In this document: positions 1 through 9,983 of the stretch, in pieces | Numbering within the stretch: the first letter of the stretch is position 1 | Layout: each line of letters opens with the position of its first letter | Assembly: GCA_016748015.1 (NCBI GenBank) | Contig: JAAOMT010000262.1 | Location: 4,079 to 39,250 of the forward strand | Source of the DNA: Geosiphon pyriformis uo1 | Taxonomy: Eukaryota; Fungi; Glomeromycota | Length of the DNA stretch: 35,172 nt | Direction of reading: 5' to 3' | Made by a program: the position numbers and the translations under genes | The notes under the pieces: generated by a model | The model's database searches: none | What the model was told of the DNA's origin: nothing | Seen by the model: only the letters and a program-made list of their open reading frames with translations

Positions 1-651
1 CTTGATTTTCTAATCCAGGCATGATAGCATGCTCATAATGTGGTGTCTTTCTACAAAGGCACCCTTGACTATTTTTAAAATCATTACTATACAATCGAAT
101 ATGGCCATTTCCTAAAGAGGGTCCCTACGTGCCAACAAATTTGCTAAGTTTAGCATTTTCAGCTTTACCATCTCCAAGGAAAAAATAATACTTCCTTCTT
201 TCTATATATATTTCTTTTGAGAATGCCAAGATTGTGGGTTATAGTCGCCAATAAGCTAACCAGTTCCTTTCATTTTGATTAAACCTTCTCATCAAGTTTT
301 CTCTTTTTATTTGCTTCCAGGGATGATTTAGAGGTATTTTTTTTCTCTTTGGTATCGAATTCTCGGTCTTTAAATCAAGGTGTTTCTTCTTGTTGCTTCC
401 TACCCACCTATCCACTTCAACATCCGACTTTCTTTTCCTAAAGTCATCAATATTTAATTTTCAGTTGCTGTTATTTAACGTATTAAAAAATTTGATATGA
501 AATATTACCTGTATCCTTTCGATGGCTTAATATCAGCTGTTGATTTTACACAATGAGCCTCAATTTCAATAAGGTCGCTGTTGTCAATAAAAACAACTGG
601 CTCTAAAGATAAGGGTTTAGGAGATACTCTACTGGAAGAGAAAGAAGCCAT
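1..651 (-). pseudogene. Decayed spliced ORF of unknown function, runs off the window edge (possibly transposon-derived)
   Basis: ATG at 651, exon 651-509, GT..AG intron 508-438, then an in-frame continuation (MASFSSSRVSPKPLSLEPVVFIDNSDLIEIEAHCVKSTADIKPSKGYR|KRKSDVEVDRW...NWLAYWRL*PTILAFSKEIYIERRKYYFFLGDGKAENAKLSKFVGT*GPSLGNGHIRLYSNDFKNSQGCLCRKTPHYEH...) with two in-frame stops. A TATA-like motif lies about 105 nt upstream (753-759). Confidence 0.45.
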
Positions 652-689
652 GGAATCCAGGTACTCGATTGAAGATTTGAGGTATGACT

Positions 690-1070
690 ACTTATTTACA
701 ACAAAAGTCCTTGCTTCTTCCTGTCCTTCCTCTCGCTCTCTCTCTTCGTTCCTATATAAGGTGAGTTTCGCTGGGTACTGTACTTGTTTAAAAGTTAAAA
801 CGTTAAAAAATAAAAAAAAAGTTTTTTTCGGAAGGATTTTTTAAGATTATTGTGGGTCACCTCTATAATTATCTTGGACTTGTCGCGTGCACATTTTTTT
901 TCTTAAACAATAACAAATACAAACTCTATCATGTGACATTACTCATATATACTTGTTTTTTTTATAGATGACTTATTTACAACAAAAGTCCTTCGTTCTT
1001 CCTTCCTGTCCTTCCTTTCGCTCTCTCTCTTTGTTTATGTGTAACTTTTTCAAAGTGAGTTTTACTGGAA
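690..1070. repeat. Imperfect direct duplication of a ~90-bp pyrimidine-rich segment
   Basis: acttatttacaacaaaagtcctt...cttcctgtccttcct.tcgctctctctctt...gtgagttt occurs at ~690-770 and again at ~971-1062. Confidence 0.8.
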
Positions 1071-2340
1071 GGTCTATCAGATTTTTAATAAAAGTTGGCT
1101 GTGGTCTTCTTAATGATAGAAAATAAATGCTTTTAACAAACCCTTTGTGGCACACCAGATGATGGAATATCTATTAGGTTCTCAATAAAAGTTGGCTGTG
1201 GTTTTCTAAATGATAGAAAAAGAATGTTTCTAACAAATCTTTTGCAGAACACCAAATGATTAAAGGTCTATTAAGTGCTCAACAAAAGTTGGTTGTGGTT
1301 TTCTAAACAATAAAAGAGGAATGTTTTCAACAAATCTTTTATAATACACCAGATAATTGAAGATTTATCAGGCGCTCAATAAAAGTTGGGTGTGGTTTTT
1401 TAAACAATAGAAAAAAAATGTTTTCAACAAACTTCTTGCAACACACCGGATAATAAAAGATCTATTAAGTGCTTAATAAAAGTTGGCATGATCTTCTAAA
1501 CAATAGAAGAGGAATGATTTTAACAAACTTCTTATGGCTTATTAGATAATTAAAAGTCAATCAAGTGTTCAATAAAGTTGGCTGTGGTTTTTTAAATGAT
1601 AAAAGAGAAAAGTTTTCAATAAATTTTTTGCAATACACCAGATAATGGAAGATTTATTAGATGCTTAATAAAAGTTGGCTGTAATCTTCTAAATAAAAAA
1701 AAATGTTTTTAACAAATCTTTTGCAGCATACCAAATATTAAAAAATTTATTAGGTACTTAATAAAAGCTGGTTGTAATTTTCTAAATAATAGAAAAAAAA
1801 TATTGTTAATAGATTCTTTATAGCATATTAAATAATTGAAGGTTTATTAGATGCTTAATAAAAGTTGGTCATAGTTTTTTATGTTCAATAAAAGTTGGTC
1901 GTGGTTTTTTAAATAATAAAAGAGAAATATTTTCAACAAATTTTTTGTGGTATATCAGATAATAGAAGATCTATCAAGTGCTTAACAAAAGTTAACTGTA
2001 GTTTTCTTAATAATAGAAGAGAAATCTTTTTAACAAACTTTTTATAATATATTAAATAATAAAAAGATTAATAAAAGTTGATCATAGTTTTTTTAACAAT
2101 AGAAAAAAAATGTTTTCAACAAATCTCTTATAACATACTAGATGATTAAAGATTTATCAGATGTTTAAATAAAAGTCGGCTATAGTCTTCTTAACAATAA
2201 AAAAGAAATGTTTTTAACAAATTTTGTACAACACATTAGATAATAGAAAATCGATCAGATATTCAATAAAAGTTGGCTGTGGTTTTTTTATTAATAGAAA
2301 AAAAATGTTGCTAACAGATTTTTGTGGCACACCAGATGAC
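1067..2340. repeat. Degenerate tandem array, unit ~97 bp, about 13 copies
   Basis: The anchor aataaaagttggctgtgg recurs at about 1087, 1184, 1281, 1378, 1475, 1571, 1667, 1760, 1857 (short partial unit), 1887, 1984, 2070, 2168 and 2265. The whole unit is repeated; differences are mostly C>T and G>A. Confidence 0.9.
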
Positions 2341-3088
2341 AAAAAGTTTAAACAGTATTAAACTAAAAGTTTATTGTATATTGTTATTACTTACTGATGG
2401 ATAGATTTCAATTTGACTAACTTATTTTTATTATTTTTGATTTTCAAAGAATTGCAACGCTGGCCAGTCAATCAATAATGTACCGGGTAATTTTTTACAT
2501 AAAGGACCATATTTCAGGGTGAATAAGTTACTTTTTTTGAACTTTCAACTCATAAAAAATACTTTTAAAATGACACCAATTTGGTAAGATTGATCGAAAT
2601 TCAAAAACTTGGCAAAAAGCAATCTTTGATTAAAAATTAATATACTAAATTTTAAATCTTGTAAATTTAATAAAAAATTTGATATTTTTTCAATGGAAAC
2701 GAAAATATCTAAAAAACTAAATACTATTTGGATTTTTTTACGCTATTTCGATTGAAAATTTCATATATAATCTAATAATTTCTCTAAAAAGCTCAAAATA
2801 ATAATCTCAAAACTTCTCATACGTTTTTTCCCAATTTTACAAAGCGTACTAACTAAACTATCTGAACATCCGTCAAAAGAAATTTTAACTAACCTTTTGA
2901 TTGGGTATCTTGCACGAACGGTATGACATGCATTATATGCGCCAAGATGAAAAATTGTGTTGGGAATAATAAAATCGAAACAAAAGAAATGCCAATTTTT
3001 TATATTGTTACATATGTAACTGTATTGTAGATTTCGAATATTAGACTCATTATGTAATGTGAAATTTCTCGTTCGAAAATAGGTTTGT

Positions 3089-3166
3089 CTATTGGTCAAA
3101 TTTAAATGGTATTTTGTTAAAATTTATCATTCCTAGTACCCTGGATATTTTACTGTACCCCAAAAT
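3089..3166 (-). CDS. Possible C-terminal fragment of the Sel1-kinase gene, cut by a gap
   Basis: ILGYSKISRVLGMINFNKIPFKFDQ* next to the gap. SRVL loosely resembles the YTSRLL tail of glomeromycotan kinases; it lies downstream on the same strand. Confidence 0.25.
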   Translation of the reverse strand: MLGYSKISRVLGMINFNKIPFKFDQ

Positions 3167-4160
3167 NNNNNNNNNNNNNNNNNNNNNNNNNNNNNNNNNN
3201 NNNNNNNNNNNNNNNNNNNNNNNNNNNNNNNNNNNNNNNNNNNNNNNNNNNNNNNNNNNNNNNNNNNNNNNNNNNNNNNNNNNNNNNNNNNNNNNNNNNN
3301 NNNNNNNNNNNNNNNNNNNNNNNNNNNNNNNNNNNNNNNNNNNNNNNNNNNNNNNNNNNNNNNNNNNNNNNNNNNNNNNNNNNNNNNNNNNNNNNNNNNN
3401 NNNNNNNNNNNNNNNNNNNNNNNNNNNNNNNNNNNNNNNNNNNNNNNNNNNNNNNNNNNNNNNNNNNNNNNNNNNNNNNNNNNNNNNNNNNNNNNNNNNN
3501 NNNNNNNNNNNNNNNNNNNNNNNNNNNNNNNNNNNNNNNNNNNNNNNNNNNNNNNNNNNNNNNNNNNNNNNNNNNNNNNNNNNNNNNNNNNNNNNNNNNN
3601 NNNNNNNNNNNNNNNNNNNNNNNNNNNNNNNNNNNNNNNNNNNNNNNNNNNNNNNNNNNNNNNNNNNNNNNNNNNNNNNNNNNNNNNNNNNNNNNNNNNN
3701 NNNNNNNNNNNNNNNNNNNNNNNNNNNNNNNNNNNNNNNNNNNNNNNNNNNNNNNNNNNNNNNNNNNNNNNNNNNNNNNNNNNNNNNNNNNNNNNNNNNN
3801 NNNNNNNNNNNNNNNNNNNNNNNNNNNNNNNNNNNNNNNNNNNNNNNNNNNNNNNNNNNNNNNNNNNNNNNNNNNNNNNNNNNNNNNNNNNNNNNNNNNN
3901 NNNNNNNNNNNNNNNNNNNNNNNNNNNNNNNNNNNNNNNNNNNNNNNNNNNNNNNNNNNNNNNNNNNNNNNNNNNNNNNNNNNNNNNNNNNNNNNNNNNN
4001 NNNNNNNNNNNNNNNNNNNNNNNNNNNNNNNNNNNNNNNNNNNNNNNNNNNNNNNNNNNNNNNNNNNNNNNNNNNNNNNNNNNNNNNNNNNNNNNNNNNN
4101 NNNNNNNNNNNNNNNNNNNNNNNNNNNNNNNNNNNNNNNNNNNNNNNNNNNNNNNNNNNN

Positions 4161-4867
4161 ATCAGGAAAATCACTTTGATAAATTAAGTTAATGGTCTCT
4201 CCTGCTTTCGAATAAATTTCAAATGCCTTTTCTAAATTTTTTGTGGTTCCCCATCCGTTTTGATAGCACTATCCAAGATTGTATTGTACATTTTGATTTC
4301 CCATCTTTGTTGCTTTTAAATAGAATTCAAATGCTGCTGCGAGATTTTTCCTTGTTCCCCATCCATTTCGATAATACATTCCAATATTATTTTGTGGACT
4401 CAGATTTATTACTTTTTCCAGATGATTCATTGTTTCTAGCCCATTTGGAAAATAAGTGCTAAGTATGTTTTGTGCAACTAAACTTCCCGCCTCTACTGCT
4501 TTTGAATAGAGTTGAAATGCTTTTTCCAAGTTTTTCGTTGTTCCTTCTCCATTTTGATAACAAACTCCAAGATTGTATTGTGCATCTGTATTACCCGCCT
4601 CTGCTGCTTTTGAATAGAGTTGAAATCCTTTTTCCGAGTTTTTCGTTGTTCCTTCTCCATTTTGATAACAAACTCCAAGATTGACTTGTGCATTTGTATT
4701 ACCCGCCTCTACTGCTTTTGAATAGAGTTGAAATGCTTTTTCCAATTTTTCGTTGTTCCTTCTCCATTTTGATAACAAACTCCAAGATCGTATTGTGCAT
4801 TTGTATTACCCGCCTCTACTGCCTTTGAATAGAGTTGAAATGCTTTTTCCAAGTTTTTCGTTGTTCC
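4161..4867 (-). pseudogene. Sel1-like repeat segment of a second, disrupted Sel1-kinase paralog
   Basis: 36-aa Sel1 repeats ([33 protein letters not shown]). Paralogous to 5308-5900 but diverged; 1-nt deletion near 4746 (ttccaatttttcg vs ttccaagtttttcg) and TGG>TAG stop at 4269-4271. Confidence 0.7.
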
Positions 4868-4887
4868 NNNNNNNNNNNNNNNNNNNN

Positions 4888-6255
4888 ACATGCTCTGGTA
4901 CTTTCAGAAATATACTGTGTATGCTCTATATAATGATTAATATTAATATTTCCACTGTTCCATGTTCCATGCATTTTTGATAATCGTGATGATTCACAAG
5001 ATTTACACCAAAGTGGATCTTTTAATGTGCGATAGCATTCTGGACATTTCGGCAAGCCTGCTTCAAAAATATTATCATTACTTTTATCAGCATCACAAAA
5101 TGGACATATAGGAGATCCACCAATGATTATACCCATGTTACCACATTTAAGACACTTGAATTCATCTGAAAGCTGGTCAAAAAAAGCTTCGAAATCCAAG
5201 AACTCTCCTTTAGAATTACCCTGGTATTTTAAACCTCGATTTTGTAATTGCAAAATGAAACGTTCTAGGTCATTTTGATCCTGTAAAGTGAGGTCAAGGC
5301 CAATCAAATCAGGAAAATGATTTTGATAAATTATGTTATTTGTCTGTCCTGCTTTCGAATAGATTTCAAATGCCTTTTCTAGGTTTTTTGAGATTCCCCA
5401 TCCATTTTGATAGCACCATCCAAGGTTGTATTGTTCATTTTGATTTCCCACCTCTACTGCTTTTAAATAGAATTCAAATTCTGCTACGAGATTTCTCGCT
5501 GTTCCCCATCCATTTCGATAATACATTCCAATATTGTAATGTGGACTCCGATTTCCTACTTTTCCCAAATCATTCATTGTTTCTAGCCCATTTGAATTAT
5601 AAGTGCTAAGATTGATTTGTGCAACTAAACTTCCCGCCTCTACTGCTTTTGAATAGAGTTGAAATCCTTTTTCCAAGTTTTTCGTTGTTCCTTCTCCATT
5701 TTGATAACACCATCCAAGATTGAATTGTGCATTTGTATTACCCGCCTCTGCTGCTTTTGAATAGAGTTGAAATGCTTTTTCCAAGTTTTTCGTTGTTCCT
5801 TCTCCATTTTGATAACAAACTCCAAGATTGACTTGTGCATTTGTATTACCCGCCTCTGCTGCTTTTGAATAGAGTTGAAATGCTTTTTCCAAGTTTTTCG
5901 TTGTTCCCCATCCATTTCCATAACAACGACCTAAAAATAATTGTCCAAAAGAATCTTTTGCATTCGCTGCTTTATGAAATTCTATAAATGCTTTTCTTGG
6001 ATTGGGGATAGTTCCAATCCCATGTTCTAAAGAAAAGCCAATTAAAACATGGTCTATTGAACGCTTTGAATTTTTATTATTCAAGCACTCGAATAAATCT
6101 TTAGCTGTTTTCTGATTTTGTTCAAGATATTTTTTCACGAATTCAGCAACTTTTGAATAAGGATTAATCAGACCACTTTCTTCTATAAGAATCAATGCCC
6201 CTTCAACCCAGTCAATGGGTGAATTTACGTTTTCAATTGATGAAGTTGAAGACAT
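4888..6255 (-). CDS. N-terminal part of a Sel1-repeat / zinc-ribbon / tyrosine-kinase-like protein kinase, truncated by a gap
   Basis: Open frame MSSTSSIENV..., several Sel1 repeats, CxxC...CxxC (CLKC..CPFC), then CPEC..WCKSC..WNSGNININHYIEHTQ, matching the C..C....WC..C...WTSGN..ID..IQ..Q segment that precedes the kinase domain in Glomeromycota kinases. Confidence 0.8.
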
Positions 6256-6305
6256 GATTTTAAGCAATAAAATGGATTATCAAACNNNNNNNNNNNNNNN
6301 NNNNN

Positions 6306-6907
6306 ATAACAAACTCCAAGATCGTATTGTGCATTTGTATTACCCGCCTCTACTGCCTTTGAATAGAGTTGAAATGCTTTTTCCAAGTTTTTCGTTGTTC
6401 CCGATCCATTTTTATAACAAAATCCAAGATTGACTTGTGCATTTGTATTACCCGCCTCTGCTGCTTTTGAATAGAGTTGAAATGCTTTTTCCAAGTTTTT
6501 CGTTGTTCCTTCTCCATTTCGATAACAAAATCCAAGATTGACTTGTGCATCTGTATTACCCGCCTCTGCTGCTTTTGAATAGAGTTGAAATCCTTTTTCC
6601 AAGTTTTTCCTTGTTCCCGATCCATTTTGATAACACCATCCAAGATTGACTTGTGCATTTGTATTACCCGCCTCTACTGCTTTTGAATAGAGTTGAAATG
6701 CTTTTTCCAAGTTTTTCGTTGTTCCTTCTCCATTTTGATAACAAACTCCAAGATCGTATTGTGCATTTGTATTACCCGCCTCTACTGCCTTTGAATAGAG
6801 TTGAAATGCTTTTTCCAAGTTTTTCGTTGTTCCCGATCCATTTTTATAACAAAATCCAAGATTGACTTGTGCATTTGTATTACCCGCCTCTGCTGCTTTT
6901 GAATAGA
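6306..6907 (-). repeat. Coding array of near-identical 108-bp Sel1 repeat units (about 5.5 units), bounded by gaps
   Basis: Open frame [36 protein letters not shown]... repeating every 108 nt. Confidence 0.9.
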
Positions 6908-7707
6908 NNNNNNNNNNNNNNNNNNNNNNNNNNNNNNNNNNNNNNNNNNNNNNNNNNNNNNNNNNNNNNNNNNNNNNNNNNNNNNNNNNNNNNNNNNNNN
7001 NNNNNNNNNNNNNNNNNNNNNNNNNNNNNNNNNNNNNNNNNNNNNNNNNNNNNNNNNNNNNNNNNNNNNNNNNNNNNNNNNNNNNNNNNNNNNNNNNNNN
7101 NNNNNNNNNNNNNNNNNNNNNNNNNNNNNNNNNNNNNNNNNNNNNNNNNNNNNNNNNNNNNNNNNNNNNNNNNNNNNNNNNNNNNNNNNNNNNNNNNNNN
7201 NNNNNNNNNNNNNNNNNNNNNNNNNNNNNNNNNNNNNNNNNNNNNNNNNNNNNNNNNNNNNNNNNNNNNNNNNNNNNNNNNNNNNNNNNNNNNNNNNNNN
7301 NNNNNNNNNNNNNNNNNNNNNNNNNNNNNNNNNNNNNNNNNNNNNNNNNNNNNNNNNNNNNNNNNNNNNNNNNNNNNNNNNNNNNNNNNNNNNNNNNNNN
7401 NNNNNNNNNNNNNNNNNNNNNNNNNNNNNNNNNNNNNNNNNNNNNNNNNNNNNNNNNNNNNNNNNNNNNNNNNNNNNNNNNNNNNNNNNNNNNNNNNNNN
7501 NNNNNNNNNNNNNNNNNNNNNNNNNNNNNNNNNNNNNNNNNNNNNNNNNNNNNNNNNNNNNNNNNNNNNNNNNNNNNNNNNNNNNNNNNNNNNNNNNNNN
7601 NNNNNNNNNNNNNNNNNNNNNNNNNNNNNNNNNNNNNNNNNNNNNNNNNNNNNNNNNNNNNNNNNNNNNNNNNNNNNNNNNNNNNNNNNNNNNNNNNNNN
7701 NNNNNNN

Positions 7708-8007
7708 TTCATCGGTTGTAACGTCTCTTGTGATTCCATAACATTCAAGAATATATTTGCAAGAGGCACACTTAAGATGAGCAATAAACTATTTCAATGG
7801 ATTTTTTAGTGTTAGAAAAAGAAATGAGAATAATAAAAATCTAAAAAATTTATTAAACCAAATTACCTCAATTGAATTGACATATTCCATTTTTCGACTA
7901 TTTTTAAGACATTTTAAAGCTACTCTCGTGACCCCACTTCGCTCATACTTTTGATTTTTCTTGTCCCAAAAGAGAATTCTGCCTTTCTCCCATCTGCCTT
8001 CTTTAAC
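7708..8007 (-). CDS. Protein kinase N-lobe fragment (TKL/Pkinase_Tyr-like), two exons
   Basis: Exon 8007-7867 VKEGRWEKGRILFWDKKNQKYERSGVTRVALKCLKNSRKMEYVNSIE (subdomain II VALK), GT..AG intron 7866-7789, exon 7788-7708 FIAHLKCASCKYILECYGITRDVTTDE (YGITRD motif typical of this kinase family). Confidence 0.8.
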
Positions 8008-8027
8008 NNNNNNNNNNNNNNNNNNNN

Positions 8028-8394
8028 ACAACATATTTATAATTTTATAGTAATTTTCTAAATTTTCTGTTAAGCTTTTAATACTTTGTTGGTCCTCTTT
8101 GTGCTATAATTATTGCTTGAATACGTCGAGGCATACTATCAACTAATTTTATAATCGTTGATTTAGGAATTGCTTTCCAAGCTTTTTTAACATACTTACC
8201 AAGTTTTTTAAGAGTAGTTGGCGGTTTTTCTTTTTTACGAATATTACATTTTACTATAGCCCATAAATTTTCAATTGGATTGAGATCTGGACTTTGAGGA
8301 GGCCAAGAAAGAATACGTAACTTGTTTTTGCTATGAAATTCTTTGGCAGTTTTTGATCGATGAGGGGTAGCATTATCTTCTTGAAACCATCCAT
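8028..8394 (-). mobile_element. Duplicate of the 3' part of the Tc1 transposase plus a little downstream sequence (probably assembly overlap)
   Basis: 8071-8394 reads identically to 8687-9010; the two are separated only by an N gap. Confidence 0.75.
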
Positions 8395-8686
8395 NNNNNN
8401 NNNNNNNNNNNNNNNNNNNNNNNNNNNNNNNNNNNNNNNNNNNNNNNNNNNNNNNNNNNNNNNNNNNNNNNNNNNNNNNNNNNNNNNNNNNNNNNNNNNN
8501 NNNNNNNNNNNNNNNNNNNNNNNNNNNNNNNNNNNNNNNNNNNNNNNNNNNNNNNNNNNNNNNNNNNNNNNNNNNNNNNNNNNNNNNNNNNNNNNNNNNN
8601 NNNNNNNNNNNNNNNNNNNNNNNNNNNNNNNNNNNNNNNNNNNNNNNNNNNNNNNNNNNNNNNNNNNNNNNNNNNNNNNNNNNNNN

Positions 8687-9981
8687 TTAAGCTTTTAATA
8701 CTTTGTTGGTCCTCTTTGTGCTATAATTATTGCTTGAATACGTCGAGGCATACTATCAACTAATTTTATAATCGTTGATTTAGGAATTGCTTTCCAAGCT
8801 TTTTTAACATACTTACCAAGTTTTTTAAGAGTAGTTGGCGGTTTTTCTTTTTTACGAATATTACATTTTACTATAGCCCATAAATTTTCAATTGGATTGA
8901 GATCTGGACTTTGAGGAGGCCAAGAAAGAATACGTAACTTGTTTTTGCTATGAAATTCTTTGGCAGTTTTTGATCGATGAGGGGTAGCATTATCTTCTTG
9001 AAACCATCCATTGTTTTTAGAAAACATGCATTGTAAAATTGATAAGGCATAATGGTTAAGAATTTCAACATGTCTAGTATCATTTACCATTTGATATAAT
9101 GGTACAATTGGTCCAATGTTTTGTCATGAAAAACAAGCCCAATACATTCGACTTGGACTATGTTTGACTGTTGCTGATACACAAGACAATTGCCATTCTT
9201 CAGATGGTTCACGCCATACTTTACAAGATCGATTGTGTTGAAATTGAGAGAAAGTTGATTTGTCACTCCATAATACTCTTGCCCATTTTCGATTTGTCCA
9301 ATTTTGATGTTTAATACACCAAGCAAGACATGCTGCTATATTTGCTGGTGAGATTAAAGGTTTCCTTCTTGCATAACAATTTCATAATCCAACCGATTTA
9401 AGAGCATGCCAAAGAGTTCTAAGAGAAATAGTTTGCTTTGTTTTTCATTTCCAAAGAGTTCATATATTTGCAATACATAAACGACAATTTTTTCTATTAA
9501 GTATTACTAAACGTTTAAGTCGGCAATATTTTTGGTGAGTAAATAAACATGGATGTCCTGAATGAGGTCTTGAATCAATTGAACCAGTTTCTTTAAATCG
9601 TTTTATTGTATCCGAAACTGTTGTCAAGCTGCAATTAACTATGTTGGCAATATCACAATATTTCTTGCCATGCTGGTGTAATAAGCATATAGTATTACAT
9701 TGAGCAATCATTAATTCTTTTTTTGCTTCCATTTTGTTTTAATAAAAACGATGAAAAAATCTTATATGCATGTTACATTTCATTTTTATAAAAAAATGAG
9801 TATGAATAAAATTGATTATGCGCGTCGCGAAAAAACATTATACACGCGTGTTTAAAAAATAAAAAACGCGTAATTAAATAATTAACTAACTTAATTTAGT
9901 AATAAACTTGTGCTTTTTTAATTATTCAAGCATGTGGAATGTTACTCCAAAGTTTGTTTGGAAACTTTTGGACACCCTCTG
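8687..9981 (-). mobile_element. Tc1/mariner DNA transposon (DD34E), inactivated
   Basis: Terminus TA|CAGAGGGTGTCCAAAAGTTT at 9983-9962 on the minus strand is a Tc1-type TIR next to TA. Transposase frame is 9732-8695. The other TIR is not visible. Confidence 0.92.
8695..9732 (-). pseudogene. Tc1 transposase pseudogene (HTH + DDE_3)
   Basis: One 346-codon frame with four in-frame TGA stops (~9460, ~9445, ~9382, ~9125). Motifs SGHP (for SGRP), RKPL, WSDKS (for WSDES), FQEDNATPH and WPPQSPDLNPIENLW, with 34 residues between the second D and the E. Confidence 0.92.
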
Positions 9982-9983
9982 TA

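Noticed and set aside
1067-2340. CRISPR-like array
   Set aside because: The whole 97-bp unit is repeated, there are no unique spacers or cas genes, and the context is eukaryotic.
2480-3090. Possible MITE or repeat and the 112-aa ORF
   Set aside because: No terminal inverted repeats or protein motifs could be confirmed.
3089-4187. Long ORFs of 357-361 aa (also those spanning 6908-7707 and 8395-8686)
   Set aside because: Artefacts of translating through N gaps.
4223-6865. Plus-strand and alternative-frame repetitive ORFs (MHLYYPPLL..., MHKSIL...)
   Set aside because: Shadow frames of the 108-bp Sel1 repeats.
8071-9010. Tandem duplication of the Tc1 3' end as a biological event
   Set aside because: The copies appear identical despite heavy decay of the element and flank a gap, so an unmerged contig overlap is more likely.
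8695-9732. TGA recoding (alternative genetic code) in the transposase
   Set aside because: TGA is the normal stop of VPS68 and the Stc1 gene here, and CGA>TGA decay explains the stops.
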